Shown: piece after piece, positions 21,707 through 32,821 of the stretch
How the letters are laid out: every line of letters begins with the position of its first letter
Position numbering within the stretch: the stretch's first letter is position 1
Notes under the pieces: generated by a model
What the model saw: only the letters and a program-made list of their open reading frames with translations
Database searches by the model: none
Told to the model about the DNA's origin: nothing
NCBI GenBank assembly: GCA_045613785.1
Contig: JAZLBQ010000012.1
Span: 55,364-119,363, forward strand
DNA from: Candidatus Enterousia sp.
GTDB taxonomy: Bacteria > Pseudomonadota > Alphaproteobacteria > Rs-D84
Direction of reading: 5' to 3'
DNA: 64,000 bases
Translations under genes and position numbers: made by a program

Positions 21707-22450
21707 TGTTAAAAAGTCCAGAATATCATCTTGGGCTTGCTGCCAGTCATTATCGAACAGAACGTTGTTTTTTGAATCAGGATAAATTATCAACGTCAAA
21801 TTTTCTAAATCTCGTTCCCTATATGCGTTGTATAACGAGCGTGCCAGTCGTCCGTTCATTGCATAAATGTCATTTCCACCACCAATAATCAGCAATGGTG
21901 TTTCATTACAAATATCATAATTTATATTCACCATACATTTTAACATACGAAAACAGGTTTCGTATGTAATATATTGATTATTGTTGCTATTTATCACACT
22001 GTGAATTGGTGAAAGAAAGTCAAAAAAACGTGCAGGTGCGTCTTTTCCTTGAATTTTTTTGCCAATCCACGTCAACGCCTGCCATATCCACAACTGTAAT
22101 TTAGAATACCTTGCACCACCTGACAGGCAAACCCCACCAGCACATAAATTATCTTGCCCGATTATTTGTTGAGTTATCAAACTGCCGTATCCATTTCCAA
22201 ATAAAAACAGGGGCAGTTTATATGTCTTTTTTAAAAATTTTAATGTTTTTAATTCGATAGCAAACCTGCTTTCGTCAATAGTGTCTGTTTTGTTTCCAAA
22301 CACAATAAAACCATTTTTGTTCAAGAATTTTGCGAACCTATCAAAATCATCAATTTTGTTTTCTGGTCCAGAAATTATCTGAATAACCCCACGTGGCGAT
22401 TTTACGTTGTTCCACAGTTTTTCTGATAAATTTTGTGCTTGTTTATTCAT
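21695..22450 (-). CDS. alpha/beta-hydrolase fold protein, catalytically degenerate
   Basis: Lysophospholipase-like layout, but GNGYG replaces GHSxG and KNNVL replaces RHEIL. Confidence 0.65.
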   Translation of the reverse strand: MNKQAQNLSEKLWNNVKSPRGVIQIISGPENKIDDFDRFAKFLNKNGFIVFGNKTDTIDESRFAIELKTLKFLKKTYKLPLFLFGNGYGSLITQQIIGQDNLCAGGVCLSGGARYSKLQLWIWQALTWIGKKIQGKDAPARFFDFLSPIHSVINSNNNQYITYETCFRMLKCMVNINYDICNETPLLIIGGGNDIYAMNGRLARSLYNAYRERDLENLTLIIYPDSKNNVLFDNDWQQAQDDILDFLTLAL

Positions 22451-22529
22451 TGCTGTGCCTTGTCAAATAACACAGCAATTTTACAGATAAACGGCATACA
22501 AAAGTATAGGTAAGGATTCCGAGCCTGTT

Positions 22530-23678
22530 TTATGCGTTTTGTCCTGCTACACGGCCGCTGGCCCAGGCCCATTGCAGATTAAAACCGCCTAAATCGCCTG
22601 TAATATCCAATACTTCACCAGCCCAGAATAAACCAGGACATAATTTTGATTCCATTGTTTTTGATGAAATTTCGTCTGTGCTAACGCCGCCTTGAACAAT
22701 TTCTGCACTGGCCAGCGAGTGATATTTAATCGACTTGCCATCAATTTTGATGTTGCATATTTTTTGAACAATTTGTGCAATTTCTGAATCTTTTATATCG
22801 GCAATATTTTTATTATTGTCGCCAACAGTCCATTTAACAATCTTGGTTGGTAAATATTCGCTTAGAATATTTGTGATTGATTTTTTGCCGATTGTTCGTT
22901 TGGCTAGCTTTAATTTTTCCAGCAAATCAATATTCGGAACCAGGTTTATAGTTAAATCGTTGTCTGCAAAGTCAAACAAACTTGCACGATATGCTGCCGG
23001 TCCGCCAATTCCAACGTGCGTAAATAACAAGGAATCCATAACAGAATTTTTTCCAACTGTAATCTTTGCGTCTAATGAAATTCCTGCAAAATCCGATGGA
23101 AAGAAACGAAAGTCCAACGGACACAGACCAGGCTTTACCTGAACGATTTTATGTCCAAATTTTCGTGCGATTTTATATCCTATATCCGATACTCCCAGTG
23201 AATCAAAAGAAGTTCCACCATTTGCCACAATCAGTGAGCGTCCTGAATAACCGTTGACGGTAAACAAATCGTCTGATTTGTGAACGTTATCAATTTTTTC
23301 ATTAAACTTAAAATCTGCTGTTGCGGCATCTTGCATCAAGGCTTTAACAACCGCCATCGCCCCGTCATCACAGAAATATCGCCCAGGGGTCTTTTGGCTT
23401 AGGTTCAGTTTATGCTGTGTTGCCCAATCTAAAATATCATACGGGGACACACGACTAAGTGCACCACGAACAAAGTTAGGATTTTTACCAAAATACCTTG
23501 TGTGATTTGCTGCTGTATTTGTAATATTGCACCGTCCGCCACCAGACACCGAAACTTTGCGGGCAGGGCGTTCGCCCATATCAAGCACCAGGGCAGACTT
23601 GCCCCGTCCAACAACTTGTGCGGCAGCGGCTAATCCTGCTGCACCAGCACCGATAATAATAACGTCGTAAATCTTCAT
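22530..23678 (-). CDS. HI0933/YhiN-family FAD-dependent oxidoreductase
   Basis: GAGAAG, SGGGRCNITN, GEVLDITGDLGGFNLQWAWASG. Confidence 0.92.
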   Translation of the reverse strand: MKIYDVIIIGAGAAGLAAAAQVVGRGKSALVLDMGERPARKVSVSGGGRCNITNTAANHTRYFGKNPNFVRGALSRVSPYDILDWATQHKLNLSQKTPGRYFCDDGAMAVVKALMQDAATADFKFNEKIDNVHKSDDLFTVNGYSGRSLIVANGGTSFDSLGVSDIGYKIARKFGHKIVQVKPGLCPLDFRFFPSDFAGISLDAKITVGKNSVMDSLLFTHVGIGGPAAYRASLFDFADNDLTINLVPNIDLLEKLKLAKRTIGKKSITNILSEYLPTKIVKWTVGDNNKNIADIKDSEIAQIVQKICNIKIDGKSIKYHSLASAEIVQGGVSTDEISSKTMESKLCPGLFWAGEVLDITGDLGGFNLQWAWASGRVAGQNA

Positions 23679-23737
23679 AGATATAATTTTATCACAAGAC
23701 AGAAAAAAATCCATCCAAACGGACGGATTTTTAATCT

Positions 23738-23813
23738 TGGTGGGTTAGGTAGGACTTGAACCCACGACCAAAGCGTTATGAGCGCTCCGCTCTAACCACT
23801 GAGCTACTAACCC
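23738..23813 (-). tRNA. tRNA with CAT anticodon, probably Ile2 (lysidine); not initiator
   Basis: GGGTTAGTAGCTCAGTGGTTAGAGC..CT-CAT-AA..GGTTCAAGTCC..CCCACCA; paired 1:72 and no triple G:C anticodon stem. Elongator Met not excluded. Confidence 0.85.
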
Positions 23814-23890
23814 ACGTCGCCTATTATATATAAAATATAAAATCGTGCAAGATAAAAATTATTTTATTCTAATTTATTTATCTTTGTGCA

Positions 23891-25174
23891 ATGATTCAGT
23901 TTATGAGTGAACTTGTTCCGATTTTAAATGCGACACAAATGGCGGCGTTCGATGCTATTGAACGCACAAATTCGAATTTGTTGATTTTGGGGCCTGCCGG
24001 CACTGGCAAATCAACATTTGTAAATTATCTAAAAAGTGCATCAAAAAAACGTATTGTTTGTGCATGTCCAACGGCAGTTTCTGCATTAAATATTGGTGGT
24101 CAAACAATACATTCGTTATTTCAGATTCAGCCACGTGATTTTATTATGCCTGAATTGTTAAAGTTAAAGTCCAAGCCTCGAAATATTCTGACTGCAACAG
24201 ATGTTTTGATAATTGATGAAATATCAATGGTGGCTCCTGATTTGTTAGATGCAATTGATATTCTGGCACGCTATGCCCGTCGCAACAACGAACCGTTTGG
24301 TGGAATCCAGGTTGTTGCAATCGGTGATTTATTTCAGTTGCCACCTGTGATAACGACCCAAGCAGTCCAGTATTATACTGCTGAATACGGGTGCCCAAAT
24401 GCGTATTTTTTTGACAGTAATGTATATCATCGTGCCGATTTCAAGCGATTTAATTTTGAATTTGTGTATCGTCAAAACGATGTTGCACTGCTAGAAAATT
24501 TAGTGCGATTGCGTAATAACGATTCTGGTGCGTTGGAATTTTTTAATTCGCTAAAAATAGACGATTCTGAACGTCGTTCTAACGCAGTTATCATAACACC
24601 GTTTCGTGCTGTTGCAGAACGCATAAACGCAACTCGATTGGCACAAATAAACGATACAGAATATGCTTATAACGGTGTTTTATCTGGAACGTTTTCTGAT
24701 CGTGATGTTCCTGCACCATTGTCGTTGGTGTTAAAGGTTGGTGCATTGGTTGTTTTTGTAAAAAATGGCGACAAATGGCACAATGGTTCGATGGGGATTG
24801 TTCGTGCGATGTCTGCCCGTGATATAACAGTTCAGTTGCTGTCAGATTCTCATGAGGTTGTTTCTGTTCGACCTGAAAAATGGCAAAAGATTGAATATTC
24901 ACGTGATGAAAATGACCGTCTGATTGAAACAGAGGTTGGTTCATACAAGCAATTTCCGTTGAATCTTGGGTATGCGATGACCATACACAAGGCTCAGGGA
25001 AAGACCTTGGATACGGTGGTTGTTGATATTTCACGTGGTGCATTTGCTCACGGTCAGGTTTATGTTGCATTATCACGCACCCGACACAGCAAAGACATGC
25101 ATATTGCATCGTTTTTACGCCCACGTGATGTTATATTTGATGAACGTGTTCTGGAATTTGTAGGGGACTTATAA
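23891..25174 (+). CDS. Pif1-family SF1B DNA helicase
   Basis: GPAGTGKS, DEISM, GDLFQLPP, TIHKAQG, YVALSR. Confidence 0.9.
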   Translation: MIQFMSELVPILNATQMAAFDAIERTNSNLLILGPAGTGKSTFVNYLKSASKKRIVCACPTAVSALNIGGQTIHSLFQIQPRDFIMPELLKLKSKPRNILTATDVLIIDEISMVAPDLLDAIDILARYARRNNEPFGGIQVVAIGDLFQLPPVITTQAVQYYTAEYGCPNAYFFDSNVYHRADFKRFNFEFVYRQNDVALLENLVRLRNNDSGALEFFNSLKIDDSERRSNAVIITPFRAVAERINATRLAQINDTEYAYNGVLSGTFSDRDVPAPLSLVLKVGALVVFVKNGDKWHNGSMGIVRAMSARDITVQLLSDSHEVVSVRPEKWQKIEYSRDENDRLIETEVGSYKQFPLNLGYAMTIHKAQGKTLDTVVVDISRGAFAHGQVYVALSRTRHSKDMHIASFLRPRDVIFDERVLEFVGDL

Positions 25175-25555
25175 ATCTTTTTTCATCATTATAGCGTCAA
25201 CGCCGTCATAGTATTTTGGACGGATGCCAATTTCCTTGTATCCGTTATTAGAATATAACTCACGGGCAGGGTGGTTGTTTTCTGCGACTTCAAGAAATAT
25301 GTTTTTGACATTGTTCTTTTTTAATTCGCCTTCTACAATCCCCAGCATAGCCGCTGCTATTCCAGTGCGACGTGCTTCTGGTGCTACACCAATTGTGATA
25401 ATTTCCGCTTCGTCCAAGGTCTGTCGATAAACGATAAACCCATTTTGACTAGCAATAATTTCGCAACCTGATTTTTTCAGGTCTGCAAAGTCATTCGCAC
25501 TCCATGGTTTGTGCGGAAAGCATTTTTGATGAAGATTTGCTAATTCATTTAACAT
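25169..25555 (-). CDS. rimI: RimI-type GNAT acetyltransferase
   Basis: EAEIITIGV..RRTG, LEVAENN, RPKYY..DAIMM. Confidence 0.85.
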   Translation of the reverse strand: MLNELANLHQKCFPHKPWSANDFADLKKSGCEIIASQNGFIVYRQTLDEAEIITIGVAPEARRTGIAAAMLGIVEGELKKNNVKNIFLEVAENNHPARELYSNNGYKEIGIRPKYYDGVDAIMMKKDL

Positions 25556-25883
25556 GTTGTCTGGCGTATCTTGCCTTTATTTTATCATAGATTTTCTTTG
25601 TGAATTCTGTGTTGATTTCTTCGAAATCAATTGAACTGACACCAATACTTGTGTGGTATTGCAACTTTACAATCTTGTATTCTAAGTTTGCGCGTCTGAC
25701 AGCGGTGCAATAAATATCCACAGATGCGTCGTGTGATGTAAAATGGTAATCTTCGGTGAAGTTATTTTTTTTGCTGTGGTTATAATCTTGTTCTGCGAAA
25801 TGCGATTGCCCGTATTTAACCAAGTGCTCAATGTCGTTATGTACGTGCGTTCTGAATACAGCCTTGTTGTCTGTAACCATCAT
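25545..25883 (-). CDS. hypothetical protein inserted between tsaB and rimI
   Basis: Tightly packed co-oriented ORF with AAGGA RBS. Confidence 0.6.
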   Translation of the reverse strand: MMVTDNKAVFRTHVHNDIEHLVKYGQSHFAEQDYNHSKKNNFTEDYHFTSHDASVDIYCTAVRRANLEYKIVKLQYHTSIGVSSIDFEEINTEFTKKIYDKIKARYARQHVK

Positions 25884-25885
25884 TT

Positions 25886-26428
25886 TTATTTTCCTTGGTT
25901 TTGTTCTGCGTAACTGGGGCGTAAATACATTGGCACAACGGGTGTGATGTTGTTTTGCTGGATTTTGTCTGCTACAACGACGACCCCCAGTCTCAAATCA
26001 ACAGGTTTATGTCCAACTGTTCGTGGCCATTCCATCTGTTTTGTTTCCAGTGTATCAATATCCATGACTTGTGGTTCCAGACCATTTGCTGCTACAAAGA
26101 AATCCCCACGTCCTGAATCGATTGCAACGAATGCGTCTGGTGTTGCTGTCAAATACAGGTCAAACAAACTAACACCCACAACTGGAATATTCAGTCCCAT
26201 TGCGACACCCTTGGCGTATGCGATCCCCAGTCTGATTCCTGTGAAACTGCCTGGGCCAACTACAACCCCAATGGCACTTAAATCAGACCATTTTGCACCA
26301 CATTCAGTGATAAATTTTTCACATTCTGTTGCTAATGCGACTGATTGTTTATCGACTTCAACTGATTTATAGTTGTTTTCCAACGCAAATTCTAAATTCT
26401 TACCAGATGTGTTTATTATCAAAATCAT
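25886..26428 (-). CDS. tsaB: t6A biosynthesis protein TsaB
   Basis: GPGSFTGIRLG, PMYLR. Confidence 0.92.
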   Translation of the reverse strand: MILIINTSGKNLEFALENNYKSVEVDKQSVALATECEKFITECGAKWSDLSAIGVVVGPGSFTGIRLGIAYAKGVAMGLNIPVVGVSLFDLYLTATPDAFVAIDSGRGDFFVAANGLEPQVMDIDTLETKQMEWPRTVGHKPVDLRLGVVVVADKIQQNNITPVVPMYLRPSYAEQNQGK

Positions 26429-28188
26429 ATCCGCACCCCAAATCCAATTTTCTTGGCAAATCCTGCAGACTTGCGAAGTGCCAGCAAAGAATCAATCTTT
26501 TCTGGTGTAAATTCTGTCTGCACATCTTCACAGTTATTTTCCAACAATGCACGACGCAACACTGCTGTCAATTCACGCTGAATCTGGCGAACACCTTGTT
26601 CTGATGTATAGTTTTGAATCAGATGTCGTATTGCGTCGTCTGAAATTAAAATGTTATCCACTTCCCAGCCTGTATCGCGTGCTGCACGTTCAATCAGATG
26701 CTCACGAACGATTCTGATTTTTTCGTCCATTGAATATCCTGGTATTTCAACAATTTCCATACGGTCTTTCAATGCGTTTGACATGTTCAGACTGTTTGCC
26801 GTTGCGATGAACATAACATTAGAAAGGTCAAAGTCCACTTCCAAATAATGATCACGGAAACTTTTATTCTGTTCAGGATCTAGGATTTCCAACAACGCCG
26901 CTTCTGGGTCGCCACGCCAATCACGTCCCATTTTGTCGATTTCGTCCAGAACAATAACAGGGTTGTTTGTTTTGCAGCGTTTTAATGCGTCCATAATGCG
27001 TCCTGCTTGGGCTCCGATATAAGTTTTGCGATGCCCACGAAAATGTGCCTCGTCCGAGATGCCACCCAACGAAATACGTTGATATTTTCTTCCCAGTGCG
27101 TTTGCGATTGATTTGCCTAACGATGTTTTACCAACGCCTGGCTCGCCAACAAAGCACAAAATACTGCCACGATTAGACTTGGTCTTTTTCATAACAGCAA
27201 TGTGTTCCAGAATTCGTTCTTTGACTGCGTCCATGCCAGAATGTTCACTGTTCAAAATTTCACGTGCTTTAATCAGGTCGATTGATGGTGTTGGTGTTTT
27301 GCTCCACGGCATTGCCAACAGTTCATCCAAATATGTTTTTAACAAACCACCTTCATTTGACATTGGCGACATTGAACGCATACGTTTCCACTCGCTAAGT
27401 GCTTTTTCTTTGGCTTCACTTGGCATAGACGAACGCATAATTTTTTTGCGTAAGTTTGCGGTATCAACTTCGCCGTCATCTTCGCCCATTTCTTTTTGCA
27501 ATGCACGCATTTTTTCTTGCAAGATTGCTTCTCGACGGCCATTTTCCATTTGTTGATGGATTCGCTTGTTGATAGATTCTTCTATCTTTGCGGTTTCAGC
27601 CATAAGTTTGATTTCTTCTAACAAGATTGTCAGTTTTTCTGCCCAGCTTTTTGCACACAAAACTTTGACGGCTACATCTGTATCTAAATCAGCTGTTTGA
27701 ATTACCGAATCAACAAACGCAGGTAGTGGGTAATTCGCCACAACACTGCGTAACTTGTCCAGTTTGAATTTTCTGGTTGAAGCGGCCAATGCTTGCATGT
27801 TATCTGCTAAAATATCACGCAACAACAATGTCTGTTCTGATTCCTTATCGTCAGCGATTTGAATCGGTTCTGCATTAGCGGTAAAGAATCCGTCATTTAC
27901 CTCTATGTCTTTCAGTGAAACCACACCAGTGGTTCGCATCAGTAAATGGATTGCCCCGTCTGGCATACTTAAAATCTGTGCGACTTCGCCAATTGTCCCG
28001 ACGGTATAAATGTCGTCAACTGTAGTTGGATAAGCCCAACTGTGTTGAGGCACCAAAACTAAGGTTTGATGACCAGCCTTGGCGGCATTTTTTATACAAT
28101 TTACAGACATAGTGTTATCGACCAAAACCGGCACCGTCAGGCCCGGTGATACGACCAAATCACGAAATGGTAAAATATAGTTTTTCAT
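26425..28188 (-). CDS. lon: Lon-family AAA+ protein lacking the C-terminal protease domain
   Basis: Lon N domain LPFRDLVVSPG, GEPGVGKTS, RGHRKTYIGA, LDEIDK; ends shortly after the AAA lid with no PKDGPSAG. Confidence 0.88.
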   Translation of the reverse strand: MKNYILPFRDLVVSPGLTVPVLVDNTMSVNCIKNAAKAGHQTLVLVPQHSWAYPTTVDDIYTVGTIGEVAQILSMPDGAIHLLMRTTGVVSLKDIEVNDGFFTANAEPIQIADDKESEQTLLLRDILADNMQALAASTRKFKLDKLRSVVANYPLPAFVDSVIQTADLDTDVAVKVLCAKSWAEKLTILLEEIKLMAETAKIEESINKRIHQQMENGRREAILQEKMRALQKEMGEDDGEVDTANLRKKIMRSSMPSEAKEKALSEWKRMRSMSPMSNEGGLLKTYLDELLAMPWSKTPTPSIDLIKAREILNSEHSGMDAVKERILEHIAVMKKTKSNRGSILCFVGEPGVGKTSLGKSIANALGRKYQRISLGGISDEAHFRGHRKTYIGAQAGRIMDALKRCKTNNPVIVLDEIDKMGRDWRGDPEAALLEILDPEQNKSFRDHYLEVDFDLSNVMFIATANSLNMSNALKDRMEIVEIPGYSMDEKIRIVREHLIERAARDTGWEVDNILISDDAIRHLIQNYTSEQGVRQIQRELTAVLRRALLENNCEDVQTEFTPEKIDSLLALRKSAGFAKKIGFGVRI

Positions 28189-28300
28189 AGCCCAACAAAT
28201 ATAAGTCTTTTTTATAAATTTTCAAGGAATATAAAATCCAAAAAAACATAGAATAAAAAATCCTGCGTTTGCAGGATTTATTTTTATCGTTATGCACTTA

Positions 28301-28528
28301 TTAGCGACGACGAAATCCGTTATTGTGCTGTGCACTGTTGCTTGAACGTTTTGACAAATAGCGTGCAGCAATCAAAATCAGCCATTCCAAAGACAACAAA
28401 CCAACAGTTGCTAATTTGTTTTCAATTCCTGGAATCATAACCAATGCATAAACCAACTGTGCCAAGAAAGACACATACAAAATACCGAATACGCCTGTAA
28501 AGAATACTTTTTTTACTTTTCCAAACAT
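28301..28528 (-). CDS. small two-TM membrane protein
   Basis: MFGKVKKVFF.. with AAAAGGA RBS; terminator downstream at ~28257-28279. Confidence 0.6.
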   Translation of the reverse strand: MFGKVKKVFFTGVFGILYVSFLAQLVYALVMIPGIENKLATVGLLSLEWLILIAARYLSKRSSNSAQHNNGFRRR

Positions 28529-28570
28529 CTCTAATGTCCTTTCACTGTTAAAGTTATAATAACATAATCC

Positions 28571-28912
28571 AGATGCCGGGGATTCTGGTGCCAGGTTCCC
28601 GGCGGACCCCGCAATAACTAAAACGAATACAATCAACAATCGCCAATCGTATTCAAGCCATCATTAGGCAGCCATTGCAAGGCGAACATTGTCGTTCGCA
28701 GCGATTCTATCGCCATTCAGTTTTTATTTGGCTTTTAACGACACCACGTCGGATTCAACCAATTTGTCTTTCATCATCTGTCGAATCTATGTCAGCCCCA
28801 TTTACAAATACGACCGAAATCATATCAATAAATGGTGGAGCTGTGGGGTACCGCCCCCCAGTCCAAAATGACTATTTCACAACGGTTTCAGAATCATCAC
28901 TGCAAAGCAGCG
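28571..28912 (-). ncRNA. ssrA: permuted two-piece tmRNA, tag (A)ANDNVRLAMAA
   Basis: Acceptor piece ends ..GGGGGCGGTACCCCACAGCTCCACCA at 28833; intervening segment; coding piece starts GGGGCTGACATAGATTCGAC at 28799; tag frame 28699-28664; TATAAT upstream. Confidence 0.93.
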
Positions 28913-28955
28913 ATAAATATTATAGTCTTTTAGACTGGAAATTGCAAGTTTTTAA

Positions 28956-30465
<1,510 letters not shown>

Positions 30466-30546
30466 AAATAAATTTTTGCAATTTGCTATATTCTCTGTTA
30501 TGATTTTTCCACAAACAAAAACAAAAAGCAAAAGGAGACAGATACA

Positions 30547-31170
30547 ATGGTATCATTAAAAGGAACGCAGACAGAAAAGAATCTGTTGATTGCATTTGCC
30601 GGTGAATCTCAGGCACGCAACCGCTACACAATGTATGCATCTGCCGCCAAGAAAGAAGGCTATCAGGCAATTTCAAAAATCTTCCTTGAAACAGCCGACC
30701 AAGAAAAAGAACACGCATCACGTTTGTTCAAATTCTTAGAAGGTGGTGAATTGGAAATCACTGCATCTTTCCCAGCAGGAAAAATCGGCACAACACTTGA
30801 AAACTTGCAGGCTGCTGCATACGGCGAACACGAAGAAAATACAGAAATGTATCCAAAGTTTGCTCAGATTGCTGCCCAAGAAGGTTTTCCTGCAATTGCA
30901 GAAATTTTAAAGAATATAGGTTTGGCGGAACGTTATCATGAATCTCGTTTCCGTGCTTTGGCCGAAGCAATCGAAGATGGTTCTCTGTTCAAACAGGACA
31001 AAATCGTTATGTGGCGTTGCACAAACTGCGGTATGTGGCAGATTAGCAACGAAGCACCAAAAGTATGTCCTGCGTGCTTACATGAACAAGGCTATTTCAT
31101 CAGCGAAGGCACAATTTCACGTTGCGACACTAATGAAGGATTCTGTGAATACAGTGCAATCGACGACTAA
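30547..31170 (+). CDS. rbr: rubrerythrin
   Basis: AFAGESQARNRY, EKEHA, ERYH, CTNCG..CPAC; AAGGAG RBS. Confidence 0.93.
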   Translation: MVSLKGTQTEKNLLIAFAGESQARNRYTMYASAAKKEGYQAISKIFLETADQEKEHASRLFKFLEGGELEITASFPAGKIGTTLENLQAAAYGEHEENTEMYPKFAQIAAQEGFPAIAEILKNIGLAERYHESRFRALAEAIEDGSLFKQDKIVMWRCTNCGMWQISNEAPKVCPACLHEQGYFISEGTISRCDTNEGFCEYSAIDD

Positions 31171-31171
31171 T

Positions 31172-31200
31172 AAAAAATCCCCAGTTTTGGGGATTTTTTT
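31172..31200 (+). terminator. intrinsic terminator
   Basis: AAAAAATCCCCA-GTTT-TGGGGATTTTTT. Confidence 0.75.
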
Positions 31201-31275
31201 GTATTCTAAAACAAAACGGATACGTTTCCTGAAATGCCCTTGAATACAAGGGCGTTTTTTGATATAATTTGGACT

Positions 31276-32445
31276 ATGAAAATCAGCAGACGTAATCTTT
31301 TGAAAATCACAGGTTTTTCCGTTTGTGTGGCAGCAATGTTGCCACGAACAGCATTAGCGGCACGTAATTCTTTGCGTTCTCTTCGCACGGGTGTTCAACC
31401 TGGTAATAAAACACGTCTGGTAATTGAAACGGCGAACCGTCCATCGTATTCTTTATCATACCCTGCGGGTCAGTTGGTTGTAAATATTGCTAATACGTCT
31501 GCAAATACTGGGATTTCTGCATCCCTTGCGTCGGGCGGACTGGTAAAAAGTATTGCCCAGGCACAAAACGGCGACAGCTTACAGATTATTGCGACTCTTA
31601 AAAAGTCTATTTCCCAGATTCCAAAATCTTCGATAATGATTTTAGAACCAAACGGCGATAATGATTATCGTTTGGTGTTGGATTTTGTTGCTGGTGCAAC
31701 AAATGCCCCTGCAAAAGACGAATACACAACATCATCTGCGACCGCCACTACTGCGATAACAGCGGCTCGTAAATATATTATTGTTATTGACGCTGGCCAC
31801 GGTGGCAAAGATCCTGGTTGTATTGGCAAGGGTGGCACTCAGGAAAAGGACGTTGTTTTATCGGTTGCTAAAAAGTTAAAGGCGAAATTAGATTCTGCTG
31901 GATTCAAAACGTATTTAACACGCAGTGATGACCGCTATTTGAAATTGGCAGAACGTGCATCTATTGCAGAGAAGCGTAAAGCAGACTTGTTTATATCTTT
32001 GCACGCAAACGCTAATCCGTCACGCAAGATGAAGGGCTTTTCGATATACACATTGTCTGAAAAGGCATCTGACGAAGAGGCCAAAAAACTGGCTGAGGCT
32101 GAAAATGCCGCCGACAAAATCGGGGTAGAGGGATTTACCCAATTCGAAGAAAATATCCGCATTGCTTTGTCGTCATTGCAACAACACGCTGTTGCGGAAA
32201 TGAGTGAAGAATACGCCAACGGCTGTGCTAAATCGTTCAAGCGTGCTGACATTGAACAACAGCCTGGGCCTGACGTTCGTCATGCGCCATTTGCGGTATT
32301 GCGTTCAACTGTTCCTGGTGCGTTGTTAGAATTGGGGCATTTGTCAAATGCTGCCGAAGAAAAATTGTTAAAATCTGGCAAACATCAGGATAAATTGGTT
32401 GCGGCAATTGTAAAATCCGTCAAAAATTATAATTTTGAAGTATAA
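31276..32445 (+). CDS. amiC: Tat-exported N-acetylmuramoyl-L-alanine amidase (AmiC type)
   Basis: SRRNLLK Tat signal, AMIN-like domain, DAGHGGKDPG, ISLHAN, ELG. Confidence 0.88.
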   Translation: MKISRRNLLKITGFSVCVAAMLPRTALAARNSLRSLRTGVQPGNKTRLVIETANRPSYSLSYPAGQLVVNIANTSANTGISASLASGGLVKSIAQAQNGDSLQIIATLKKSISQIPKSSIMILEPNGDNDYRLVLDFVAGATNAPAKDEYTTSSATATTAITAARKYIIVIDAGHGGKDPGCIGKGGTQEKDVVLSVAKKLKAKLDSAGFKTYLTRSDDRYLKLAERASIAEKRKADLFISLHANANPSRKMKGFSIYTLSEKASDEEAKKLAEAENAADKIGVEGFTQFEENIRIALSSLQQHAVAEMSEEYANGCAKSFKRADIEQQPGPDVRHAPFAVLRSTVPGALLELGHLSNAAEEKLLKSGKHQDKLVAAIVKSVKNYNFEV

Positions 32446-32533
32446 GTTCCCCATCAGTTTTTCTTAGTAATTTTTTGTATTGATACAATTCTCATAAATT
32501 TTCCATACTATACTGTGTAAGAGGATTTTTTTT

Positions 32534-32614
32534 ATGCGAATTGTTTTATCAACCATATTGTTTTTATGGTGTTTTTTATCCCTAGTGAATATCTTAACCT
32601 TTAGAAAAAAATAA
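32534..32614 (+). CDS. 26-aa hydrophobic small ORF MRIVLSTILFLWCFLSLVNILTFRKK
   Basis: GAGGA RBS upstream; hairpin ATGCCCA-AAG-TGGGCAT right after the stop. Confidence 0.4.
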   Translation: MRIVLSTILFLWCFLSLVNILTFRKK

Positions 32615-32647
32615 AAATGCCCAAAGTGGGCATATTTATTTCAAATC

Positions 32648-32738
32648 TGGCGGAGACGAAGGGATTTGAACCCTTGATACGGGGTTGCCGTATACACGAT
32701 TTCGAGTCGCGCGCATTCAACCGCTCTGCCACGTCTCC
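32648..32738 (-). tRNA. tRNA-Ser(CGA)
   Basis: GGAGACGTGGCAGAGCGG..CT-CGA-AA.., long variable arm, GCCA end. Confidence 0.95.
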
Positions 32739-32821
32739 ACGGCGGCTATTATAACCAGGCTGGGATTATTTTGCAAGACCAAATATTTGACTTTTTTGCC
32801 CCAACTGATAAACTAAAAATC

